Positions 33,585 to 45,000 of a stretch of DNA of 64,000 nucleotides are shown here, in pieces. The position numbers and the translations under genes were made by a program. The first letter of the stretch is position 1. Each line of letters begins with the position of its first letter. The stretch is from Macrostomum lignano (Eukaryota), in the NCBI GenBank assembly GCA_002269645.1, contig NIVC01000808.1, positions 1 to 64,000 on the forward strand, in the 5' to 3' direction. The notes beneath the pieces are model-generated. The model saw only the letters and a list, made by a program, of their open reading frames with translations, made no database searches and was not told the origin of the DNA.

Positions 33585-33676
33585 AGCCCCCTTGCAATTT
33601 CACCTATTCGAACCAGTCACTAGGCTATCCCACATTCATTCGAATTCCCTTCATCAAATCTATCGCATTAAACTAA

Positions 33677-34426
33677 TATAGCTATTTGCAGCCCATTTGG
33701 GCTTACGCGCATTGAATTTAATCCAAGATAGGTTTGTCAAAGTACTGGAGCTTTTGTCTATGGTAGCAAGGCTGGCGCAGCGGCATTTAATTTGGTCCAA
33801 CAAGCATCAATTTGGTCCATTTAGCTCATTTGCAGCTCAGTCCCAGAATTGTGGACCATATGCTAGGCTGTTTAACGAATGTCATTGGCTTGTGATCGAA
33901 GCACTCGACGGAGGTGAACACCCAAAGGACATTGCAAGGTTGCTGCATGTAAAAGAAAAGGTGGTTTACAGCATCCAGCAGCGCGTTGAAACTCTGCCGG
34001 CAGAGATTGCCTGCGAAAGGGTGGCAATCGCCAAGGAAAGTTGCTCGAGAGCCTCAGGTCCAACTGCTACTCGATGCAGTGGAGACGAACCCTTTGTTGA
34101 CGTTTCAGAAAATGCAGCAGAAGTTGAGGGAACAGCTCCAGTTGGTTATCAGATTTCCACTATCAGCAGAGCTCTGGAAAAGCAACTGAAAATTTTTGGT
34201 AGAGACGCTGACATTCCAGCGGTGCGCAACAACCTGCAGACGGTTGAGAGAAGGCAAGAGTTTGTCCAATGGCTCACGAGTGTTTGGACCAAATGGATGC
34301 CTTTTGGACCGGATTGAATGCCGCTGCGCCAGCCTTGCTACCATAGACAAAGCTCCGTTACACTGGCAAACATATCTTGGATTAAATTAAATGCGCGTAA
34401 GCCCAAATGGGCTGCAAAATGCTATA
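33677..34426 (+). mobile_element. Internally deleted Tc1/IS630-like DNA transposon (~750 bp) with ~150-bp TIRs
   Basis: The left end TATAGCTATTTGCAGCCCATTTGGGCTTACGCGCATT...GTCTATGGTAGCAAGGCTGGCGCAGCGGCATT is mirrored at the right end, with TA at both termini. The interior encodes a frameshifted transposase N-terminus (KDIARLLHVKEKVVYSIQQR, LLDAVETNPLLTFQKMQQKL, STISRAL, PAVRN...RRQEFVQW). No DDE domain. Confidence 0.82.
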
Positions 34427-34595
34427 TATAACTGCATCTGCGGCCTACTGATTCGCTATTAATAGCTAGTTTAAAAATTCAATGTTATTGTCCAGCTTAA
34501 ACTATAATAAAAAATTCCCAAAACTGCTATTTTAGGAGTTTTATTTATTATTAAATTATATTTGTTATAATCCATCAGCCTGGACTAGCTGAGGA

Positions 34596-34597
<2 letters not shown>

Positions 34598-34666
<69 letters not shown>
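34598..34666 (+). repeat. (GA)n microsatellite
   Basis: Direct reading. A shorter tract lies at ~34875-34895. Confidence 0.95.
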
Positions 34667-34669
<3 letters not shown>

Positions 34670-35137
34670 AATTCCAACCAAGAATAATTGCTTCCCAATA
34701 AGTGCCAGAACTTCCCAGCGCCGCCCTGAGCATCACGCTAAGGAGCATGGCGCGGATCTTCATTCACTTGTTCTCATGCGTGTATAGTAGAGCCGCTGAA
34801 GCGGCAGCCGGGTAACATGGGAGCATGCGGTGCTGCCTCTTTTGTAGAAAATAAGAGAGAAATAATAGAGAGAAAGAGAGAGAGAGAGAGAGAGAATGGG
34901 TGAGAAAGGGAGAGTTGGAGTTTAAAGTACATAGAGTAAGTGAATTTCATAGCTACTTATAAGTTCAATGGTGCCTTGTCAGATCATGCATCGTATACTT
35001 CTCTGTCAGCGTATAATCTTGAAAAAAGAAATTTTCGATACATACGAGTATCGGTCAGTACCACCTACCAAGTTTTGCATACGAGATAAAATGATCGAAA
35101 CAGTTATGAGTATCTTCGAACTCGATCTGAGAATTCG

Positions 35138-35960
35138 TGCCCTCCGCTCTCTTCCCATTCTCTCCGCTCTCTTCCCATTCTCTCCGCTCTCTTCCCATTC
35201 TCTCCGCTCTCTTCCCATTCTCTCCGCTCTCTTCCCATTCTCTCCGCTCTCTTCCCCATTCTCTCCGCTCTCTTCCCATTCTCTCCGCTCTCTTCCCATT
35301 CTCTCCGCTCTCTTCCCATTCTCTCCGCTCTCTTCCCATTCTCTCCGCTCTCTTCCCATTCTCTCCGCTCTCTTCCCATTCTCTCCGCTCTCTTCCCCAT
35401 TCTCTCCGCTCTCTTCCCATTCTCTCCGCTCTCTTCCCATTCTCTCCGCTCTCTTCCCATTCTCTCCGCTCTCTTCCCATTCCCTCCGCTCTCTTCCCCA
35501 TTCTCTCCGCTCTCTTCCCCATTCTCTCCGCTCTCTTCCCATTCTCTCCGCTCTCTTCCCATTCTCTCCGCTCTCTTCCCATTCTCTCCGCTCTCTTCCC
35601 ATTCTCTCCGCTCTCTTCCCATTCTCTCCGCTCTCTTCCCATTCTCTCCACTCTCTTCCCATTCTCTCCGCTCTCTTCCCATTCCTTCCGCTCTCTTCCC
35701 ATTCTCTCCGCTTTCTCCCCCATTCCCTCTGCCCTCTCCCCCATTCCCTCAACTCTTTCACATTCCCTCAACTCTTTCCCGTTCCCTCAACTCTCCCCAT
35801 TCCCTCAACTCTTTCCCATTCCCTCAACTTCCACATTCTCTCCACCATCTCCCACATTCCTTCCACCCTCTCCCACATTCCTTCCACCCTCTCCCACATT
35901 CCTTCCACCCTCTCCCACATTGCTTCCACCCTCTCCCACATTCCTTCCACCCTCTCCCCA
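35138..35960 (+). repeat. 20-bp polypyrimidine minisatellite (CTCTCCGCTCTCTTCCCATT) grading into a 21-bp CTCTCCCACATTCCTTCCACC repeat
   Basis: Direct reading. Confidence 0.93.
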
Positions 35961-36769
35961 TAGTGATTCAGCGAAAAGCCGCGTTAAACAACAAACAAAG
36001 TAACAGGCAGGTAGTATTCGTATTAGAGAGGCCCGAGAGACTAGTATTAAATCGGCCGACAATGTAAAATATATAAGCCAGGATAGATAGGAAGTTGCGT
36101 TGGTGTCTGGTCGTTATAAGGGTGGGCAGGGCAGGGCAGATAGAGAGAGAGAGGGGATGGCCTTTGATTTGTCGGGAGTCGGTCGGCAAGCCCTGATTAA
36201 GCTTTATTGTCTTCATTGAGCCACAATTAATCTCACTGACTATAAGAGAGATTGTGCAGAGGGTGGGTGAGAGAGTCTGCAGGCAAGAGAGGGTGGGTAG
36301 CCAGGGGGTATGGAAAAGCTGATTTTCTGGCTCCGGTCAGCAGCCAGCACCGGGAGCTGCAATTTCCATACCGCAAGCGGGGGGGGGCAAAGATGGCAAA
36401 GGTAGATTTTGCAGAGCCGGCGGATAGGGAGTTGAGGAAATTAGAAATCAGTGCTCAGCCTGCGACGATAAAAGCCGCGCTGAGCTGCCCCCGCAAGTAT
36501 AAGGCCTTCCCTCCGGAGTATATAAGTCTCAGAGATTTTTATTGCTCATGTTCCATGGTGCAACATTAAAATTAATAGGATTAAAAATTATCATTCACTT
36601 TGCGTTATAAATGTATGATTTATAAAATTATTATTGTCAATTATGCGAGCTGATACGAGTAATTATTATCTGGGACTGGTGACACAGTCAATTCACTGTA
36701 TATATAAATTGTACTCGCACTTATTGTACATTAAAGATAATTGGCACTTATGGATAATCAATATGATGG

Positions 36770-37480
36770 AAAACAAATTATCTATAATCAATATGATAGA
36801 TAAAAATAATCGATAATAGATACAACAGATAATGAATAGATAATGAATTGTGGATAATCGATATGATAGATACCAAATAATCGATAATAGATGTGATAGA
36901 CAACAAATTATCGATAATAGATATGATAGGTAACGAACTATGGATAATCAATATGAGAGTTATCAAATTATCGATAATAGAATTGATAGATAACAAATTA
37001 TCGATAAATAATATGATGGATAACGAATTATCGATAATAGACATGATAGATAACGAATTATCGATAATAGACACGATAAATAACAAATTGTAGATAATAA
37101 ATATGGTAGATAACGAATTATCGATAATAGATATGATAGATAACAAATTATCGATAATAGACACGATAAATAACAAATTGTAGATAATGAATATGGTAGA
37201 TAACGAATTATCGATAATAGATATGATAGATAACAAATTATCGATAATAGACACGATAAATAACAAATTGTAGATAATAAATATGGTAGATAACGAATTA
37301 TCGATAATAGATATGATAGATAACAAATTATCGATAATAGACACGATAAATAACAAATTGTAGATAATGAATATGGTAGATAACGAATTATCGATAATAG
37401 ATATGATAGATAACAAATTATCGATAATAGACACGATAAATAACACATTGTAGATAATAAATATGGCAGATAACGAATTA
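36770..37480 (+). repeat. AT-rich 30-bp repeat organised as a 90-bp trimer
   Basis: TAACGAATTATCGATAATAGATATGATAGA / TAACAAATTATCGATAATAGACACGATAAA / TAACAAATTGTAGATAAT[A/G]AATATGGTAGA cycle over ~37020-37470. Confidence 0.92.
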
Positions 37481-38086
37481 CTTGCAATACAATATATATA
37501 AATATAGTTGCCCAAACATGGGGGGCAGAGAAGAAGACTCGAAAAATTAATAGGTTATGGTCATGAAAGCATGAAGCCCTCATGTCTTCGAAAATGAATA
37601 ATGAAAGACAGCATTGACAGCCAAAGACTCAATGACTGGTTTGGGCTGCTCAAGTCAAGATGGAGCCTTAGCAACTCGCGCTTGAACAGGTTGGCCCCGA
37701 ATGCGAAATTCGATAGTGTAGGGCCGTGGCTAGAAAAGAAGATGGGCACTTGCCATATATGGAAATCTGACTCTGGGGCAGTGATGAAGAAGAGATGCAA
37801 GCAGGTGGGGCATTGAGCTGCTCTGTATAATTTGCATTGTGTTGCCGGCGGCCTCCGCGCAGCACTCCGAGATGATAACGGGGGATTCAGCGAATTGCAC
37901 GAGTAGCTGAGGGAAGAAATTCTGAGGGGCTCAGTTTTAAAGAGGCTGCGGAATTAAAAGGGCTGATGAAGCCCGTTGAATACAGAGCTACTGCATGTAC
38001 TACAAGTCCTGTGAGGGCGTTTCCCTATCTTGATGAGGGTAGGGGGAGCTGGGGTAAACAGAAGACGGTGAGAGAGAGGGAGAGAT

Positions 38087-38291
<205 letters not shown>

Positions 38292-39096
38292 TACCGCTGT
38301 CTGTGTGTTTAGCGGGACCAGAGTTTTGTTAATGCATTAGGTGGACCACCTAGTTTCCTTATAAAACCGGTGTCTTTTGTCTCTACACGAAAAGTTAGCG
38401 TGGGTTGTCTTTCAGTTTAGCCTGCAGATTAGCCATCTCGTGGAAACTGCATGTCACTTTCAACTGGGATAGCTGGACCAGCCCGGACCTGTTTTAGGTG
38501 GACCTTCAAAAAGACACCGTTTAGGTGGACCATCATTTATTTAGCACAGTACTGGGATTATTATCGACCCAGTACTGTTAAGCACGAGAAACAACACTAA
38601 AAGTCACGTGACAGAAGTCCCAAATACACAATATGTAATAAAGTGAAAATAATGCATTCAGTTCTACTTTGCGCCGGACTCAAGAACCATCATCCCCATT
38701 GAAAACAAATGAATCAAATGCAACTAATTTTTAGACCGAGAAAAATAGTTACAAGTGCAAATTAACGGCCAAGCAAAAGTTTAAATAGCAAAAAGTCATA
38801 TTTGTTTTTCACTAGAATAATGATAAACCTAAAGAAACACACTTAACGTCCAAATATGTGCCAAAAGGCAAGTAGATTGACGACGATATGATTAATAAAT
38901 ACATTTGCCTAATAAATTTCACGTATTACAATAGAACAACTTTCCACTCAATTTTTGTAAATGAAAAAAGTTTTAACGGACGGACAAGACATGTTACGAC
39001 GGATAGCGGAATCATCTCACAGAAAGCCACAAGCTGTCGCAGTCAATATCATCATAAACAAACTTTTGCGATTAAGCACAAAAAATCGTCTTCATT

Positions 39097-42000
39097 TTGC
39101 CGGAGTTGCTTGCGTCACTCGTCTGCATCAAAGCCGACTTGCCGTCTCCAGACTGGGCCTGTCAAATTTGGCATTTATACGAGAATTAAGGATTGACAGT
39201 TTACAACTGATATTCTACTGAGACTGAAACAGACTGGCATATTGGTGTCAGTACAGTCTGTAGGTTAGCTGGACCTTCAACAGACTTAGCTCTTCAACAG
39301 ACTGGCTCTGTGGCGTCAGTACAGTCTGTAGGTTAGCTGGACCAGTTCAATTAGAATAGGATAAGCTAAATCTGAACACTTTTGCAGCAAGCTCACCACA
39401 GTAGATTCAATCTCGTCCTTTGACTAAACTGCGATGAGGCAACACGTCTGTCCACCGGACTGACCAGCGTCTCAGGTGCCTCAGCCGACTTCTTAGAAGT
39501 GTCCAGACGTGAGGTGTCAGCCTATAGTCGACTTAATGGCTCTTGGTCTTAAAGTCTTGGTCGATATCTTGCTGGAGTTGCTTGCGTCACTCGTCTGCAT
39601 CAAAGCTGACTTGCCGTCTCCAGACTGGGCCTGTCAAATTTGGCATTTATATGAGAATTCAGGATTGACAGTTTACAACTGATATTCTACTGAGACTTTG
39701 AAACAGACTGGCATATTGGTGTCAGTACAGTCTGTAGGTTAGCTGGACCTCCTGGACTTGAATTCCACCCCATCTGTAAGGCTCTAAAACAGACTGGCTC
39801 TGTGGCGTCAGTACAGTCTGTAGGTTAGCTGGACCACCTAAACTTGAATTCCACCTCTTATCTGTGAGGCTCTTAAACAGACTGGATCAGTTGCGTCAGT
39901 GCAGTCTGTAGGTTAGCTGGACCTCCTGGACTTGAATTCCACCCCATCTGTGAGGCTCTAAAACAGACTGGCTCTGTGGCGTCAGTACAGTCTGTAGGTT
40001 AGCTGGACCACCTAAACTTGAATTCCACCTCTTATCTGTGAGGCTCTTAAACAGACTGGATCAGTTGCGTCAGTGCAGTCTGTAGGTTAGCTGGACCTCC
40101 TAAACTTGAATTCCACCCCATCTGTGAGGCTCTAAAACAGACTGGCTCTGTGGCGTCAGTACAGTCTGTAGGTTAGCTGGACCAGTTCAATTAGAATAGG
40201 ATAAGCCAAATCTGAACACTTTTGCAGCAAGCTCACCACAGTAGATTCAATCTCGTCCTTTGACTAAACTGCGATGAGGCAACACGTCTGTCCACCGGAC
40301 TGACCAGCGTCTCAGGTGCCTCAGCCGACTTCTTAGAAGTGTCCAGACGTGAGGTGTCAGCCTATAGTCGACTTAATGGCTCTTGGCCTTTAAAGTCTTG
40401 GTCGATATCTTGCTGGAGTTGCTTGCGTCACTCGTCTGCATCAAAGCTGACTTGCCGTCTCCAGACTGGGCCTGTCAAATTTGGCATTTATATGAGAATT
40501 CAGGATTGACAGTTTACAACTGATATTCTACTGAGACTTTGAAACAGACTGGCATATTGGTGTCAGTGCAGTCTGTAGGTTAGCTGGACCACCTAAACTT
40601 GAATTCCACCTCCCATCTGTGAGGCTCTTCAACAGACTGGCTCAGTTGCGTCAGTGCAGTCTGTAGGTTAGCTGGACCACCTAAACTTGAATTCCACCTC
40701 TTATCTGTGAGGCTCTTAAACAGACTGGCTCTGTGGCGTCAGTACAGTCTGTAGGTTAGCTGGACCAGTTCAATTAGAATAGGATAGCCAAATCTGAACA
40801 CTTTTGCAGCAAGCTCACCACAGTAGATTCAATATCGTCCTTTGACTAAACTGCGATGAGGCAACACGTCTGTCCACCGGACTGACCAGCGTCTCAGGTG
40901 CCTCAGCCGACTTCTTAGAAGTGTCCAGACGTGAGGTGTCAGCCTATAGTCGACTTAATGGCTCTTGGTCTTAAAGTCTTGGTCGATATCTTGCTGGAGT
41001 TGCTTGCGTCACTCGTCTGCATCAAAGCTGACTTGCCGTCTCCAGACTGGGCCTGTCAAATTTGGCATTTATATGAGAATTCAGGATTGACAGTTTACAA
41101 CTGATATTCTACTGAGACTTTGAAACAGACTGGCATATTGGTGTCAGTACAGTCTGTAGGTTAGCTGGACCTCCTGGACTTGAATTCCACCCCATCTGTG
41201 AGGCTCTAAAACAGACTGGCTCTGTGGCGTCAGTACAGTCTGTAGGTTAGCTGGACCACCTAAACTTGAATTCCACCTCTTATCTGTGAGGCTCTTAAAC
41301 AGACTGGATCAGTTGCGTCAGTGCAGTCTGTAGGTTAGCTGGACCTCCTGGACTTGAATTCCACCCCATCTGTGAGGCTCTAAAACAGACTGGCTCTGTG
41401 GCGTCAGTACAGTCTGTAGGTTAGCTGGACCACCTAAACTTGAATTCCACCTCTTATCTGTGAGGCTCTTAAACAGACTGGATCAGTTGCGTCAGTGCAG
41501 TCTGTAGGTTAGCTGGACCTCCTAAACTTGAATTCCACCCCATCTGTGAGGCTCTAAAACAGACTGGCTCTGTGGCGTCAGTACAGTCTGTAGGTTAGCT
41601 GGACCAGTTCAATTAGAATAGGATAAGCCAAATCTGAACACTTTTGCAGCAAGCTCACCACAGTAGATTCAATCTCGTCCTTTGACTAAACTGCGATGAG
41701 GCAACACGTCTGTCCACCGGACTGACCAGCGTCTCAGGTGCCTCAGCCGACTTCTTAGAAGTGTCCAGACGTGAGGTGTCAGCCTATAGTCGACTTAATG
41801 GCTCTTGGCCTTTAAAGTCTTGGTCGATATCTTGCTGGAGTTGCTTGCGTCACTCGTCTGCATCAAAGCTGACTTGCCGTCTCCAGACTGGGCCTGTCAA
41901 ATTTGGCATTTATATGAGAATTCAGGATTGACAGTTTACAACTGATATTCTACTGAGACTTTGAAACAGACTGGCATATTGGTGTCAGTGCAGTCTGTAG

Positions 42001-45000
42001 GTTAGCTGGACCACCTAAACTTGAATTCCACCTCCCATCTGTGAGGCTCTTCAACAGACTGGCTCAGTTGCGTCAGTGCAGTCTGTAGGTTAGCTGGACC
42101 ACCTAAACTTGAATTCCACCTCTTATCTGTGAGGCTCTTAAACAGACTGGCTCTGTGGCGTCAGTACAGTCTGTAGGTTAGCTGGACCAGTTCAATTAGA
42201 ATAGGATAAGCCAAATCTGAACACTTTTGCAGCAAGCTCACCACAGTAGATTCAATATCGTCCTTTGACTAAACTGCGATGAGGCAACACGTCTGTCCAC
42301 CGGACTGACCAGCGTCTCAGGTGCCTCAGCCGACTTCTTAGAAGTGTCCAGACGTGAGGTGTCAGCCTATAGTCGACTTAATGGCTCTTGGTCTTAAAGT
42401 CTTGGTCGATATCTTGCTGGAGTTGCTTGCGTCACTCGTCTGCATCAAAGCTGACTTGCCGTCTCCAGACTGGGCCTGTCAAATTTGGCATTTATATGAG
42501 AATTCAGGATTGACAGTTTACAACTGATATTCTACTGAGACTTTGAAACAGACTGGCATATTGGTGTCAGTGCAGTCTGTAGGTTAGCTGGACCTCCTGG
42601 ACTTGAATTCCACCCCATCTGTGAGGCTCTAAAACAGACTGGCTCTGTGGCGTCAGTACAGTCTGTAGGTTAGCTGGACCACCTAAACTTGAATTCCACC
42701 TCTTATCTGTGAGGCTCTTAAACAGACTGGATCAGTTGCGTCAGTGCAGTCTGTAGGTTAGCTGGACCTCCTAAACTTTAATTCCACCCCATCTGTGAGG
42801 CTCTAAAACAGACTGGCTCTGTGGCGTCAGTACAGTCTGTAGGTTAGCTGGACCAGTTCAATTAGAATAGGATAAGCTAAATCTGAACACTTTTGCAGCA
42901 AGCTCACCACAGTAGATTCAATCTCGTCCTTTGACTAAACTGCGATGAGGCAACACGTCTGTCCAACGGACTGACCAGCGTCTCAGGTGCCTCAGCCGAC
43001 TTCTTAGAAGTGTCCAGACGTGAGGTGTCAGCCTATAGTCGACTTAATGGCTCTTGGCCTTTAAAGTCTTGGTCGATATCTTGCTGGAGTTGCTTGCGTC
43101 ACTCGTCTGCATCAAAGCTGACTTGCCGTCTCCAGACTGGGCCTGTCAAATTTGGCATTTATATGAGAATTCAGGATTGACAGTTTACAACTGATATTCT
43201 ACTGAGACTTTGAAACAGACTGGCATATTGGTGTCAGTGCAGTCTGTAGGTTAGCTGGACCTCCTAAACTTTAATTCCACCTCCCATCTGTGAGGCTCTT
43301 CAACAGACTGGCTCTGTGGCGTCAGTACAGTCTGTAGGTTAGCTGGACCAGTTCAATTAGAATAGGATAAGCCAAATCTGAACACTTTTGCAGCAAGCTC
43401 ACCACAGTAGATTCAATCTCGTCCTTTGACTAAACTGCGATGAGGCAACACGTCTGTCCACCGGACTGACCAGCGTCTCAGGTGCCTCAGCCGACTTCTT
43501 AGAAGTGTCCAGACGTGAGGTGTCAGCCTATAGTCGACTTAATGGCTCTTGGTCTTAAAGTCTTGGTCGATATCTTGCTGGAGTTGCTTGCGTCACTCGT
43601 CTGCATCAAAGCTGACTTGCCGTCTCCAGACTGGGCCTGTCAAATTTGGCATTTATATGAGAATTCAGGATTGACAGTTTACAACTGATATTCTACTGAG
43701 ACTTTGAAACAGACTGGCATATTGGTGTCAGTACAGTCTGTAGGTTAGCTGGACCTCCTGGACTTGAATTCCACCCCATCTGTGAGGCTCTAAAACAGAC
43801 TGGCTCTGTGGCGTCAGTACAGTCTGTAGGTTAGCTGGACCACCTAAACTTGAATTCCACCTCTTATCTGTGAGGCTCTTAAACAGACTGGATCAGTTGC
43901 GTCAGTGCAGTCTGTAGGTTAGCTGGACCTCCTGGACTTGAATTCCACCCCATCTGTGAGGCTCTAAAACAGACTGGCTCTGTGGCGTCAGTACAGTCTG
44001 TAGGTTAGCTGGACCAGTTCAATTAGAATAGGATAAGCCAAATCTGAACACTTTTGCAGCAAGCTCACCACAGTAGATTCAATCTCGTCCTTTGACTAAA
44101 CTGCGATGAGGCAACACGTCTGTCCACCGGACTGACCAGCGTCTCAGGTGCCTCAGCCGACTTCTTAGAAGTGTCCAGACGTGAGGTGTCAGCCTATAGT
44201 CGACTTAATGGCTCTTGGCCTTTAAAGTCTTGGTCGATATCTTGCTGGAGTTGCTTGCGTCACTCGTCTGCATCAAAGCTGACTTGCCGTCTCCAGACTG
44301 GGCCTGTCAAATTTGGCATTTATATGAGAATTCAGGATTGACAGTTTACAACTGATATTCTACTGAGACTTTGAAACAGACTGGCATATTGGTGTCAGTG
44401 CAGTCTGTAGGTTAGCTGGACCACCTAAACTTGAATTCCACCTCCCATCTGTGAGGCTCTTCAACAGACTGGCTCAGTTGCGTCAGTGCAGTCTGTAGGT
44501 TAGCTGGACCACCTAAACTTGAATTCCACCTCTTATCTGTGAGGCTCTTAAACAGACTGGCTCTGTGGCGTCAGTACAGTCTGTAGGTTAGCTGGACCAG
44601 TTCAATTAGAATAGGATAAGCCAAATCTGAACACTTTTGCAGCAAGCTCACCACAGTAGATTCAATCTCGTCCTTTGACTAAACTGCGATGAGGCAACAC
44701 GTCTGTCCAACGGACTGACCAGCGTCTCAGGTGCCTCAGCCGACTTCTTAGAAGTGTCCAGACGTGAGGTGTCAGCCTATAGTCGACTTAATGGCTCTTG
44801 GTCTTAAAGTCTTGGTCGATATCTTGCTGGAGTTGCTTGCGTCACTCGTCTGCATCAAAGCTGACTTGCCGTCTCCAGACTGGGCCTGTCAAATTTGGCA
44901 TTTATATGAGAATTCAGGATTGACAGTTTACAACTGATATTCTACTGAGACTTTGAAACAGACTGGCATATTGGTGTCAGTGCAGTCTGTAGGTTAGCTG

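Noticed and set aside
37601-37816. 71-aa ORF with a possible donor at ~37804
   Set aside because: No recognisable homology and no partner exon found.
38961-39221. 86-aa plus-strand ORF crossing the left array junction
   Set aside because: Half of it is array sequence, no motif is recognised, and the splice signals in this region point to the minus strand.
39345-39750. Array core as a tandem 5S, snRNA, SL-RNA or tRNA gene
   Set aside because: I see no 5S or tRNA internal boxes, Sm site with SL exon, or snRNA signature. A Rfam cmscan would settle it.
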